A DNA stretch of 64,000 nt from Vicugna vicugna (GCA_013265495.1 MU058584.1:5028508-5092507), one strand, 5' to 3'; counted from the stretch's first letter, positions 40,546-54,255 are shown. Made by a program: numbers and translations. The notes: generated from the sequence alone by a model not told the origin.

Positions 40546-43500
40546 TCATCATACTTTCATTTCATCCACATGGTGCTTGTGAGTACACTCTTGTGAGTCT
40601 CCATCAGTGGAAAGCTGATGGACTCATATGCATTCCTTGAGGGGTTGGTTTCCTAAAACAAAGCTCATGGAGGTTGGCCGTCTTACTTGCTGATGCACCC
40701 ACTTTGTAGCATAGAAACCTGAGTATGACTTACTGCCCCCAATAGATGGCAAAGTCCTTGAGGGAAAAGATCACTTTATCTTGAATTTAAATTATCCACA
40801 ATGCCTATTACTGGGGTCCAGCAAATGTTTAATGGAAGAATGAATAAATGAATGAATGGTCAGAGTATTTTCCACCATCAGAGGCAGAACTGACTTTTAA
40901 GAGCCCATCAGTCAAATCCAGGAAGGGCTTGGAAACTCTAAGTATTTCCCAAGTGGGAACTAAGGTGAGAGACCCATCTTCCCACTTCCACCTTCTCCTT
41001 CAGGAAAAAGCCTCCTCTAGGACGAGGGTGCAAAAGGTATATAGCTTTGGGCATTTCTCTCCTTCACTCCTTTCCCTGTCAATCACCTTTTTCTAAAAGC
41101 AACTTATTAATAAAACTCATCTAAACATTTGGCCACAAGCTGCGGGATTGCAAACACAGGTCCCAGGCAGGTGAGAAGGGCCATGAGGCACCTGTCAGGG
41201 GGAGGGGACTGGGGGCACTGGAGAGGGCTTGCCTTATTAATGTGATTCAAATTCAATTAAAAAAAAATGACATCCCAGAGGCTGCGCTTCACTTCCCACC
41301 ACCTGGATGTTGCCCCTGAATGGTCCGTAGAAAGTTACTGGCACAAGTCTGCAGCTTTCCTGGTGAATGGTGATGGGACCTGGGCCAAAACCTCAACACA
41401 GTGGTGGGAACACTCCCTCAGAGGCTGAGGGCATGGGGAGGGCTCTGCTTCAAGGCTCTCTCTTCTCCACCTAAAGAGACATATTTTCTTCCTCACTATT
41501 CCTTTGAAGGCTGGAGGCTCAGTTTCACAAACTGGAGCACTGTTAGCCCTGCTCCACCTGACATTAGAACTTTCTAGAAGCAAAATTGCCAGGCAGTTAG
41601 TTACTCCTCTTCTGACAACAATGCTCCTGGACCTTTTTGGAGAAAGTGGCCTTTCTGCATGCAAGTGGTTTCTCTCAGGGCCATGACTCTGAAAACAAAG
41701 ACAGAAAACCTTCTCCTGTATCCACGATAATAAAACATGGAAGTGACAGGATGCAGGGGACAGAGCCCTCGCTGAGGGATGAGAAGACATGAGCTCTGGT
41801 CCTAGCCCTGGCCTTCACATGCTGTGCAGTGCCTCACTTAGGTCTCTGTGAGGATGAAATGAAGTAGCGCCTGCAAAAATCTTGGCCAAGACAGAAACCG
41901 GAAGAGCCAGGATCTGAACTCAGATTTTTCTGAGGCCAAAGCTCCCGTTCATGAACTGTCACGGAGCACAAAAAGTTGCTCCAGGATTGTCCTTCTGTTT
42001 CGGATCCCTTCTCCAGCCAGGCTTTCTCCCTGTTCTCTGTGTTCTTCATTGGATCCAGGGCTGTCAGTTGGGTTGAATCATGGAGACCAGGACTGGAAAG
42101 TGTGCACATGTCTGGTTTTGCTGGTGAACTCCTCCGTGAAGATTTCGTCTCCCCTCCTGATCTCTGCTAGTCTCAGTCCAAACTTACAGAAAGTCCAAAC
42201 TCCTAGCAAGTTGGAGGAGGCACTGGGTTGTGTGGAGAACAGGGTAAAGGAAAGCAGCGCTGCCTTGGTTAAGAGCTTTCACAGCGCCGGCAAACGGATG
42301 GACTGGTTGTGCTGGTCTCGTCTCTTCCAGCTCCACAAACATACAGACGTGTTTCCAGGGCTGCCAGCCAGTCTCCAACTCCATGGCAAAGACGGAATAA
42401 GAGCAGCTTTGCCTGTCCTCCAGGCCAGTGGCGAACTCCCTGTGCCTGGGAGACTCACCACTTCTCTCCCAACCCAGCCTGATGAGGGTTTAAATTCCAC
42501 CAAGAAAGATTCATTCCTTTAGAGTAAAGCTTTGACTCCTGTTAACTCTATTTTCCCCAGAATAATCCTTTGAGTTGCTACCAGGCATTTATAACGTAGT
42601 CCACAGAATTTCAGAATGTTAGTTAAGTTTTTCAACAAATATTCACTGAAACTACTCTATGCCTTGTACTGTACTTGGTCCAGAATTCTTTCCAGAATTC
42701 TGGGAAGAGGCATCACAACAATGCAGATAGTTGGAGAGAAGAAGTAGATTGGTACTAAAGACAGAGAAGAGAAACAAGAGACTGGGTGGGGATGGGGATG
42801 GTGGGGCAGAGACAAATCAGCTTGGGGACAAGTTTACCTGGACAGAGGATCTTTATAAGTTCTAGATTTCTCTCTTCAGTTCTGCAGAATGACTCAATGC
42901 CCCATCTCTTCTGTTCTGCTGATACTAATGCCTGCGTTTGCAAAATGGGAACGACAATGTCTAGCCTGATAGAATTCAATGAAAATTAAAGAGATGCTAT
43001 ATGTCAAGATCTATCCCAGAGCCTGGCACAAGGTGTTACTGAAAGGCAGGAAAGGTGTAGCTGTTATTATTACTATATCATTGAAATTTGCAATTAACTA
43101 GAAAGAGAAGCTACATTCTAGTCTCTACAAACCACCTTCCGTTGGGACCGAAATTAGGAACTGTCACTGTCGAACTCTTCCAGTGGGGCAGTGAGATGAT
43201 CCTCAGAAAAACAAAAAGAGAGAGAGAATGAAACGTACTTTCAAGCCTCACTTGCTCCAAGAGGTCTTCCTTTCTTGACAATTCCAATTCATACTGACTT
43301 TTCTTCCTCATGACATGTTGATGTCGCTATCACATAGTTCCTCTAACACGGGCTGTCACTGAACCATCCTATGGTGAGAGACTGCAGGGGTTCTGAACCA
43401 CTGGCCACTGGTCCCCAGACAACAATGGTGGGGATAGGAACAATCTTTTTAAATACTGCTGAGTCGCATCCAGTCTGCTCTCGTCCTGCCCTCATCTACA

Positions 43501-45374
43501 TAAGAGTTCTGCTATCTTCTCCATGTCAAGTTGTAAGTTTGCGAGGGTCTACCAGGCTTCAAGATGGTGAAGCAGAAGTGACCTGCTGTACAGCTTCTCT
43601 GGACAGAGAGACACAGAACAGGACAGAGGAAGAAATAGAAATTCCCTAAAATACAAACACCTGACCTGTTTTGGAAACATAAAAGCAGGAGAGGCTACTC
43701 CAAGGCCTCTGAGAAGATCCAGGTTATCTTATAAGATGTATTTAGGTCCTGATATCAATTATGGCTTGAGATCTAGCCTAGGTCGTGCAGAGATTTCAGG
43801 CGTAACCACAGGAGCTCACGAACGCCAATTATTGCAATATTTGATAACCAAGAGATCTAACGCTATGTCAATGTCTATCTGAAAACGTGACAAATATTTA
43901 AGACTCTCATAATGTACAGTTAATATTTATAAATGGTACTTGAATTATATGTTCCCAAAACAAAATGGTACAGGGGTCTTTGTAATCTCAAGATTCACAT
44001 TTCAACTCCAGCTTTATAGTTTATCAATCTATCTCTTTCAGTTTCAGTTTCCAGAGAGTAGCCGTAATAGTAAGGATAAGGAACTTTTATTAAGGACTTA
44101 ACCGTGTGCCAGGCATTGCATTAAGCATTATACCTGCATTAATTATTTTAATCATCAAAACAATCCTATGAAATGGGCTTGGATAATTAGTTTCCTGCCC
44201 CCCATCACCATTAGATGGATAAGGAAACTCAGGTTTAGAGAGGTTGAGTAATTTCCCAAAGGACACACACCCAATGAAACATATATATTATCTCACTTAA
44301 TTTTCACAACAATTCTAGGGAGTTGTCTTTGTGGAAGTAGAAACTGAGACTTAGAAAGTTGACATGACTTGCCTAAAGGCAGTAGTGGGGCTGCATTTTA
44401 AGAATTGTTCTGTTTGACTCAGAAGTTCATAATATTCCCATTACTTCAAGATACCTCAAAGTAACACACTTGTACGCGTGCACACACACACACACAGAGG
44501 AAGGTATCCTAACTGTGGAAATCTCTTATTCATCAGGAATATTATCTCTGACAAGCACCTAGACAGAAGCAAATCCTCTACTAGAAGGAGTGAACCTTGG
44601 CCATCTTTATGAGAACAGCCAAGAGCCATTTTTACAAAGCTCAAGTTCCCCTAGACAACTGGTTGTTGATTCTTAGGAGCATGACCTAGATGGAAGGTTG
44701 GCAAGAATCCTAGATCTGCCATAACTCTGTTCGCCCACACTCAGCCTTCTTGCCCTCAGAAGTCACTCCTACATGGATGTGGTATCTTCTTCAGCCCAGC
44801 ACTCACGACAGCTTTATTCGAGAACAAATATACATCAACGTTTAATATCCACCTGCAGCTCTGTGACATCAGCACTGTGGCTTGCGTTCCACCTCTGCTG
44901 CTCACTGACTGAGGGGGCAAGTCTCCCAGTGCTTCTGAGACACTATCCCTTGTGTATAAAATGGAGAAAACAGTAATGCCTGCTTCTCAGTATTGTTGTG
45001 CAGATCAGATAAGATTAAACCATGAGCAACTCAACGGCATAGACCATAGGTTATTCATCTTCATATTCCTGGAGTTTGGCAAAGTTTGTGCTAATAAGCA
45101 CTTGGTAGTGAATGAATAAGCAAATGAATGTATGAATGAGGAATACTTTCTAAAGCACCATACCAATTAGGATTAGGGTAACAGCACTTGTAATGTACCT
45201 GCTTCATGGCTTTTCCAATTGCTTCACTCTCTTGGCTTTAATTCCTAATCTATGATGGAGGGAGGTTGTTCTAGATTATACATGAAATTCCCCTCAGTGC
45301 TGAGAGTCTTCGATTCTGTTATGTTCTGTTTGCCTTTTAAACTCCCAATATGCACCAGCCTGCATCTTTATTTT

Positions 45375-45628
45375 GTAATTTTTTAATTTTGAAATAATTT
45401 TTGAGATGTAGAAGAGTTGTAAAGATAACACACAGGATCCATGTTATGCCCTCCACCTAGCTTCCCCTAAAGTTGTCTTTCATAACTATGGTGCCTTTAT
45501 GAACACAAAGAAATTCACATTGGCATAACAGTAAACTCCAGATGTTATTTAGATTTTGCTAGTTTTTTCCATTAATGCCCTTTCTCTGTTACAGAGTTCA
45601 AACTAGGATAGTATGTAGCATTTAGCCC
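45375..45628 (-). mobile_element. Ancient L1M(C/D)-like 3' end
   Basis: ttttaattttgaaataattt...agaagagttgtaaagata...cctagcttcccctaa resembles antisense L1MC/MD termini. Confidence 0.55.
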
Positions 45629-46029
45629 TTATGGCTTTTGCAATGAAGAGTTTTACTATTGCATTTTTTTTAAAAAGCATATTGGGACACTAAATTTTGG
45701 GAATAATGGAAACCTAATAAAGAATTTATCCTGAGGTAACAAATGTGTCAGCCATCCTCTGTGTATGGCTTAGAAAACTTAAGGAAATTGAAAAAGACCA
45801 TCTTGTATGGTGGTAAATGCTACAGGCCAAAATGAAATGTGAACAATAAACTGGAGCCTCATATTATAGATCTGGCATATTGAAAATCAAAAGTGTAAAC
45901 CAAAAAAAAAAAAAGTAAGCAAAATGGTTTCCCTTGCAGGAAGGTACACAGGCTTCTTTGTTGAGGGTGCTGGGGACACTGGCTGGGATTTGGGCTGCTG
46001 GAAGCATCAACTAGTTTTCTTTGGTCTTT

Positions 46030-46281
46030 CATTACATATTTAGTGGACCTCCAACGTGCCAGCACTGTTTGAGTGCTGGGCAATATTCTATACAGTGGTG
46101 AATGAGACAAAGTCCCTACATTCACAAAGCTTGTATTTTGAAGGAGGCAAATAATATACAAATGTGAATCAGGTAATGACAAGTGCACCGCAGGAAACAC
46201 AGAGCAATTTTGGGAGTACGGAGTGAGAGACACTGGTTTAGAGGAGGTGGTCTGGGAAGACTTCTCTGAGGAGATGGGCAC
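46030..46281 (-). mobile_element. L2 fragment abutting the ERV 5' LTR
   Basis: acatatttagtggacctccaacgtgccagcactg...ggtggtctgggaagacttctctgaggagatg is typical antisense L2 3' sequence. Confidence 0.65.
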
Positions 46282-46752
46282 TGTGTGTACTGAACGGTCA
46301 GAATGACGAATCAGGACTGATTGCTCTGTACTATACAGAACCTTGGTCTCAATTAGAATCAGATTATGGAAAACTGAGTTGCTTCTATATAAAATTAATA
46401 GAAACCAGAAACCTCAATTAAGTAGAGTCAGGAGAACAGAAGGGGGAGCTCTCACACCCTGGGATGATAGCAGAGCCCAACAGGAAGAAGAAGGACTTCC
46501 TCTTCTCGCCTGCAAGAGCTCAGCCAATGAGAGGTTGTCAAACACGGCCAATGAAAAGCCATGGACTCTTCGTTTGCGACAGCCCTTCTAACTTTCTTTT
46601 CCCTCTATAAAAGAGTTCTTTCCATTTTGTAAAGGATTTGAATGTGGCTTGCCATGGTTGTAGATCCTAAATTGTAATTCTTTGCTCATCCCAAATAAAC
46701 TCATTTTTTTTTCTAGGAATATAACTGGCAGTATATTTGCTCTAGGTCAACA
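46282..46752 (+). mobile_element. 5' LTR of the intronic ERV
   Basis: Begins TG (approximate), ends ...GGTCAACA at 46752. Two CCAAT boxes (~46524, ~46548), TATAAAA at 46606-46612, AATAAA at 46694-46699; PBS follows immediately. Confidence 0.8.
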
Positions 46753-46755
46753 TTT

Positions 46756-46774
46756 TGGTATTCTATATGGGGAT
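46756..46774 (+). promoter_or_regulatory. Degenerate retroviral primer-binding site, best fit tRNA-Ile
   Basis: TGGTATTCTATATGGGGAT 3 nt after the LTR end. 13/19 match to the recalled tRNA-Ile PBS TGGTGGCCCGTACGGGGAT, with 3 of the 6 mismatches explained by CpG decay. Confidence 0.5.
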
Positions 46775-47256
46775 CCAGTAAAGACCCCAATGACCCTGAG
46801 CCTGGTGAGCAAATAGGTGCAAACACTGAACCACTGTTGCTCAGTGGTTTTCTAACTGACCCTGGGGTTTGAGGGTAAGTCCTTCTCCTAGATCTGAGCT
46901 TTGCCCTCTTTGAGTTTTGAAGCTCTCCAAGTTTCATTCAGGATCTATTTTAAAGTTTCATCTTTTTTGGTTAAGACCTTGCTCTGTATGCAAGGACACA
47001 TTTGGCCCTTCAGTTCGATTTTGAAATCAGACTGTTCTAACTAGACCTGGCTAGCCATCAGCCCATTCCTTCAGGAGCAGGGGCTGTTTCATTGGAACTG
47101 TGCTTAGCAGCTTTCTGCCTGGCTCTTCCAGGACTAGACTGTTTCCTTAGAACTGGCTGGTATTAGGTGTGCATACTGTTGGAGCTATTTGAGCTGTTTG
47201 AGCTGTTTAAGTTATTTGAAAATTATTCTTGTACTCTAGTGAAAAAGCTCTAAGCG

Positions 47257-50200
47257 ATGAGATCCCAGTTGTGTAAATATTTTGAGGTTACCCCCTATCT
47301 ACAGGGATCCTGGACTATTTTATGTTTGAAAACCAAGGTCCTTTTTCATGTGCACTTCTAACTAAATGGACTGACCTAACCAAAGGCAATTTAGAATATC
47401 AATGGACATTATGGGGAATTTTTGAAATCCCTAAACTTACTTTTCTTAAAATTGAATTGGACAACCATAGCTTTTAAATTTCTACAACCAACTGCCTCCT
47501 TCAATTGTTATTTTGAGGCCCCCAAACATTATTAGGAGGCTAAAACTGCATCTCTGAAATTTTCTGCAAGGTTCTAAGATGAACTGAGGTAAACAATTAA
47601 AGAAAGAGAAAATGACTCCTGAAGCCTCAGGCTCCTCTTCCTTGGATTTCTCGTCTCAGGCTCCACCCCCCACCACCACACCTTGTCTATCTCCCTCAGC
47701 TCCTCCTGCTCAGACCTGCCTCCACTGCCATCTTTCTCCTTTCCTTCTTTGCCACCTATCCCTACTCTATCCCCCTTACCAATTCTCTTGCCAGATTTCC
47801 CTTTTTCTCTGAAACTCTCCCCCTTCTCTTTCCCTCTGAACTTACCCAAAACTGTCCCTTTAAAATTAAGCCCTTTGAGGATCCAGAGGCTACACCCTCA
47901 ATTTCTTATATTTCCTGGACTGAAGCTGAACTGTGAGCCACAGTCGAAGATCTCCCCAGAGTAACTGGAGATCGTCACAGATCTGCTGAATAACGAATAG
48001 TCATTGAAACTTGTCAACTTGGTTTCTTTAACTTAGTTCAGCTAGTTCACAAGCTTGTTGACGAAGGCCAGGCCCAGCACTGGGTGAAAACCACTAATAG
48101 GGAAAATCCTGAGCGGTCTCTAGAATTACAACGTGAGGCCAGCCTGCTAACAGATCACATGATCAGGCGCAGGCAATCACCAAGTGGCTTCATTGAGAAA
48201 TTCCTAAGGCTTTTCCAAATCCTGCTGATTGGAGTAAAATGCAGGCTTGCACACAAGAATCTGATGAACCTGTTTATGACTATTACAATCAACTTCAGTT
48301 TATTTTTGAAGCAAATTCTGGTCTTTCTTCAGATGTTGATTCCACCCGAGTGGCTTTTAATTCTATGTTTATTAATGGGCTGAACTGGGGACCTTTCCCT
48401 TCTAGTAAAAAGGACCAGGATGGGAAACTATGTCCACTCCAGATTTAGTTAATCAGATAAACCAACTCTCTCATACTCTAGACAGTCACTTAAAAGAAAG
48501 ACTGCCACAATTCTTAACCTTCAACTCCAGCAAATGAAGTCCCTTAAATGAAACTCCCCTCCCCAAGTTTCTGCTATTATTGCAAAAATCCAGGACGTTG
48601 GAAAAGAAACTTTCAAATTTAAGTGCCTTTAGCCCTCTAATTGGCATTTCTAACATTCTCTCAGTTCTCAATGACTAGGCTCCAAGGAACTACAGGGTCT
48701 CTTCCCAATCCTCCCTCTTAATTGACTTGAAGAAACGTTTCTCTTGACTGTGACGAATCTCTTCCAGTCCTAATTGACAAAGGAGCCACACTCTCTGTGC
48801 TCAGCTTCACTACAACAAAGCAGCCCCTGCCTCAGAGTACTGAAACAATTCCAGTGGTGGGGTCTCCCATGGACCTCAAGAGATTTCTGCCTCTGAACCT
48901 AGTCCCTTTTGTTTAGGCCCTTTGAGAAACACATACCCCTTTCTTCTCGATTTCTCTGACCATCTACTTATCAGGTCAAGACGTCTTAGAGAAGTATCAT
49001 ACAGGAATTTGTTTCTCCCCAAAAGGGAAAGTGATTCTAGAATTTGACAGTAGTCATCAAAGCAGCCAACCGACTGAATGAATTAAATGACTCTTGGCAT
49101 CTTTTATTTGCTTTGTTTTTGATGGTACTAGAGCTGATTCTGAAAACACTGATCATCGGCCCCTATTCAATCAACTACCACCCTCCTCATGGGCAAAATT
49201 TCCAGCTGATATTGACAAAATTCACAGCCCACCTTCCGTCAAGATTTAAATAGATCTCTTAAAACCTCTTCCCAGAATTAATCAGTATCGTATAAGTAAA
49301 AAGCCCTTCAAGGCATAAAGACCATATTACACAATTACAAGGCTCATGGCCTCATTGTCCTTTATACTAGTCCCTGTAATGCTCCTATTTTAGGGTGAGA
49401 AAACCTAAGGGCTGAGAGTGGAGGTCTGTCTAGGACCTTTGAGCAATAAACAACATTGTTATCCTTTAACACTATTGTTCCTAACCCTCATACGTTACTA
49501 ACATCCATTTCCACTGGAAACAATTTTTTTTTACTATAATTGATTTATGCAGTGAATTCTTTAGTGTTCTAGGTGATGAAGCTAGCTAACACCTTTTTGC
49601 TTTGCTTAGGAAGAAAAAAAGCTGGACAGTAATGACTCAGAGTTTTAATGATGGATGATTTGCTTCTTCGTTGTCCTCCTCAAGCCTTTTCACAGGAAGA
49701 CAGCATGCACTTGCTAACGCTTCTAACTTTAAAGAGACATACGGTTGCCAAGGAAAAATTACCGTTTGCCCAAACCCAGGTTTAATGCTTAGGGCATCTG
49801 ACATCAAAACAAGGGCTACATCCAGATCCAGATGGGCTTCATAGTTTCCTAAGTTTCCCCAAACCCAAAACTAAATGCCAACTGCAAGGTTTTCTTAGGG
49901 TAGTTAGTTATTGCCAAAATCAGATCCCAAATTTTTCTCTCATGACCGAAACTCTATATGCTTTACAAGAACAACCCCTATGCAGTTTTACGGGAGAAAT
50001 TGGATGACACAGCCTTCAAGGCCTTAAAAGAGAGTTTGATGAACCCACCTGCCCTTAGGCACCCCCATGATCAGATTCCTTTTTCCCTTTTCATATGTGA
50101 AAGAGAAAGGAATGCCCTTGGGGCACTCACCCCAAAACGCAGGGACCACCCTACCACCATAGGGTCTTACAGCCCGCAACTGGACTCTATGGCTCAGGGG

Positions 50201-50790
50201 TACACCCCCCTCCCCTTACCTTAGAACCATTACAATCACTGCCCTTTTGGTTGAGGGCACGGTGAAAATCACTGTGGGCTCCCCTTTGGCCATTTTTGTA
50301 CCTTATGCAGTAGAAGCTCACCTGAACTCTCATCACAGTCAGCATCTCTCAGCCAACTGCCTCACCTCCTAAGAAGTCCTTGTGTTAACTGTTCCTCACA
50401 TCACGTGTTTATACTGTTGTAACCTTAATCCCACTACTCTTCTCGCCTGCATCACTGATGCAGTTCCCCACGACTGCTTAACACTGATGGGTGTTGATCT
50501 GTGGGAAATTCTTTGGGTAACACTGACTATTCATGATTCACTGATGGTGCTTATTTAAAAGGTGACAATGGCAAAAACTGTGCTGGATATGCTATTGTAA
50601 CTTCTTCTGATATGGATGAAGTGGTATCTTTATCTATGGCTACTTGGCCCTAACAAGCTGAATTCTATGCTTTTATGCAGGCTTGTACTTTAGCCAAGTA
50701 CAAAACTGCCCCAATTTATACTAACAGTAGATACATTTTCAGAGTATCTCATGATTTTGTAATGTTGTAGAAGCAACATGGTTTCTTTTT
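47257..50790 (+). pseudogene. ERV gag-pro-pol remnant with many stops and frameshifts
   Basis: Gag start-like MRSQLCK (47257); Pro-rich region ~47650-47870; MHR-like QACTQESDEPVYDYYNQL (~48240-48300); Zn-knuckle remnant CYYCKNPGRW (48572); protease LIDKGATLS (DKGA at 48776-48787); RT SPCNAPIL (~49370), VPNPHTLL, IDL, WTVMTQSF, MDDLLL (49651), LQGFLRVVSYC; RNase H FTDGA (50537) and IYTNSRY (~50714). Confidence 0.9.
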
Positions 50791-53781
50791 CTCTATTACG
50801 TGGCTTATCTTTGGTGAATTCATAAATTCAAGCAGTCAGCTCGAATACAAGCTGTCACTTTAAGACGTCTTCTCGAGAATTCTTTGAAACCCAGTGGAGG
50901 AAGCAGGTAATAGACTCAACGTCCTTCCTCTGAATTCAGACTCCACATAAGGCTGGCTTGCCCCAGATCAGCCTCAGCAAGTTCCAGATGCCACAAAATC
51001 TTAATTGACTGCCCGTGACGTGCCAGGGATTTGTCTTAGATTTAGATTTGTTTTAGAGTTCTCCCACAGTTTCTCCTATAAGCATCACAGTCACACCTCC
51101 TAACAACTTGTGAGGTGGGTGTCACACTTTTTTTTGCCAGAATGAGCAACTGAAATGCCCAAGACCACAGAGTTAGAGATGATAGAAACAGGAGCTGTGA
51201 ATCAATGTTTCCTGATTCTAAGACCAGAGCTCCTGCCACCACACTCCAGCTCAGCCTGCCTAGAAAGTCCCACCTTCATCTTGTTCCACCCAGGACCCAC
51301 ATGTCCTCCAGCCTGTGCCGACCCAAGTCAGAGAAGATCCTCTTGGAACAAGTGAGGTCCACTCTGAGATGGCAAAATGCCACTCATGGGACCCAGGTGA
51401 AGCCTCCAAACAGTTGTCAGTGGAGGGGAGGAGGGGGTGGGTGGGCAGCATGCACACCTAAGAATCTGGCACCTGAAGGAGTGATTTTTCAACAGAGAAA
51501 CCCTAGCGAATAGCAGTGTTACAAGCCACTCAGCCACAATGGAAGCCCTTTTTAAGGACTGTGTTCTAATTAGCAAGTGTCTTTAAGCAGATCCTCTGCA
51601 CTGTGGTCTAATCTGTGTTCGAGATTCCTCTCCCCACTTAAAATAAACCTGCAAGCTAATGTAGTTATACAAGGCAGCCAAATTGCACAAAACCATCAAC
51701 TCTTCCCCCAGAACAGACTAAGAGCCTGAAGCCAATGGGAAGATAAAATTGCTCCCCAGTTTATGAGCAACTTCTTTCCTTCCAGATTTTTCACTGTATC
51801 TGGAGTCTAAACTCAAAGCAATAATCATCTAAGAAAATGCCTCCAGGGTAATTGGTATCAGTCCTGGGGCATCCGAGTTCTCCTTAAAAGAAGCTGTTTT
51901 TCATGTTTGTACATTTTTTACTCTGTGATTAATGGAGGTGGAGAAGGAGGCAACAGAGGGTGGAAAGAGAAAAGAAAAAAGTTCTTTGACTCTGCATACT
52001 CAAAAATGTGGAGGAAGAGGAGATGGAAGAGAGATTTTGCCTCTCAGCTTCTCATGTGGCTCCCACTGGCCAAACAAAATCACGGTATTTCCACTCCCTT
52101 GCTTTAAATAGTTTGGGAGTTAATGACAAACCAGTCACACGTTGGCAAGTTTAAAACTAAACATAATTTGCCTTCTCCCCTAGCAGGAATAAACACAAAG
52201 ATCAACAGAATGCAAGAAAAATCCAGCTGTATTTTCAGGGCCAAGTAGAGCACAGCGTATTGGAGCTGTGGAGACTTCCCAGATCATGCCGTCTGACCGC
52301 TCATTATCCAAATGAGGTGGGAGCCTAGAGAGCCGAACCCATGGTCCAAGGTCATTGGCAAGTTGTCTTTAAAACCCAGGATCTAAATTCAGGCCTCCTG
52401 ACTCAGAGCCCATGGCTCCTCCTTTGGGACTTAAGAAATCTTCTGAGTGCTGTTTTGTTCCAGCTCTGAAAGGGGGCATTAGAAAGGGGCCCCACCCATA
52501 TAATGGCCCCCTAAATGGGAGGACTAGATGGATAGTTGTAATTAGGTCCTTCCCACGCTCTGTGTCAGGCAATAGGCCTGGCTACGGGGAGCCACTGGAG
52601 ATGGTCAGTCATTGAGGTGAGGCTAGACTGTGGGTCAGCCATCTGTCAGAAGGGGTTTTGGATAATTAAATCTGCTCACGAGAAGCAGTGGAGGTGGATG
52701 AGAAAGGCCCAGTAAAGGGGCTTCTTCCTGCTGCTGCGTGTGTGACCCTCTCCCATCCCTTCCCCAGGTTGGCTAAGCCCCTCCTCAGCCACGGAAGTAA
52801 TCAAGCTGGTCCCATCCCTCCAGGACCGACTTCCTCTGTGACCTTGTAGATACTCACCCTCCCCAGGATGAAGAACTGCCCTGAGTCCAGTCCTGTGGCC
52901 CTGGCTGTGCTGACCGAGCCCACACTGAGCAGGGGCAGCCGACTCGCAGCTAGCCCATCACCATGGCTAAGCACATACGCTTTGGAGTTGAGACTCGCTG
53001 GCTCCAAATTCTGCTCTCCCACTTTCCAGGAACCTCCGATCTCTGTGCTGCAGTCTGTCTACTTATGAAATGACTTATAGATTTGTTTCGAGCTTTAAAT
53101 GAGATAATCCATATAAATCACTCAGCATGGTGCTTGCTCAGGGTAAGGACTTGATCAATGGCAGCTATTTTTATTACTCAGGGGTCCTCTCTGCTGCCTG
53201 GCTCCTCTCCCCATCAGTCTTTTTCTCCTGATCTCCCCGTCAATGTCCTATGTGCTGCTTGAGTGACCCTCAGAGTTTTATGCTTGACCACTCCCTCCCC
53301 CACTCAGCCACATGCTGGCTGGAGCTGTTCACGGAGCCTTCTCTCTGCAGTAACCACAGCAGCAGCCTGCAGGCTGGGCTTCCATCTCCCCAGGCCGGCT
53401 CCCTCAGGGTCTGTCTTCACCCCTTCTCCTCCCCTAGTCACCCAGCGGTCCTGCCTCCATCCAGGCGGCCATGACCTCAGAGTCCATAGCTTCTGGGATG
53501 GGCTCTGACCAAGTCCTAGGCAGAGACAGTCACATCCCACAGTGAAGAAACAGACTCAGGCCATTTCCATGTCATCAGCCAAGGCAGAACCCAGTCAGGT
53601 AAGAACAGCACTGCTCCCCAGAAGACTTTAGTAAACTCTTTCCCAGCAACGAACCCCATTTTAAATTCAGAGAAAAGACCCTTGGCACTTATATCTAATC
53701 GGGGCAGTGGAGAGCGATGTAATGTCACTTCTCTTTGTCTAAATTTCTCAGAGCCCTCTCCCCCATTCATGTGCTCTAAAT

Positions 53782-54028
53782 CAATACTTCTCAAACTGTC
53801 CGTGGTGAGGGTCCTGTCGTTTACTTCCCCCAGACTGTCGGGTACCAATCCTTTTGTAAAACAGCAAAAGTAAATGACTACTTAACTAAAATAGGACTTG
53901 GACGTCACAGCACTGTTAAATTGCTACAACGTTGCTTAAACACTTTCCATTTCTGAACTAATTTTTTGGCAGGCTGGTAAACATTTCACAGCGCCACACT
54001 CGTTCCTGGACCAAACTGAGAAGGGCTG
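53782..54028. mobile_element. hAT-Charlie-type MITE near the DPT exon 1 donor
   Basis: Imperfect terminal inverted repeats caatacttctcaaact ... ctgagaagggctg. Confidence 0.5.
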
Positions 54029-54255
54029 CTTCTGGAAGGAACAGAACCTCAGAGGAGTCCGTCTGCCACGGACACCCCTCATCCTGGGTTTGTGTCCCAT
54101 AGCATCTGCCCTGCCCCCACCCAGAGCGTGCCGTGGTACGGTTCCTGGTAGGACTCTGCAGTCTTCAGTGAGTGCTGTTCCCCAAAGGTCAAGCATCCCC
54201 CAGGGGGAGGGTTCTGCTGGGATACTCCCAGCCGAGTGCAGCCGGCCGGCTCTTA

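Larger units (their letters stand above)
46282..50790 (+). mobile_element. Decayed, 3'-truncated class I (gamma-like, ERV1) endogenous provirus in DPT intron 1, antisense to DPT
   Basis: Ordered LTR, PBS, leader, gag, pro, RT and RNase H remnants. Homology is lost after ~50790 and no second LTR copy was seen. Confidence 0.9.

Noticed and set aside
42049..42522. 157-aa ORF antisense within DPT intron 1
   Set aside because: Non-ATG start, no recognisable domain and no supporting exon structure; length is compatible with chance.
47181..47220. 9-bp tandem repeats (gagctgttt) as an array
   Set aside because: A short tandem repeat within the ERV leader with no spacers; not CRISPR-like.
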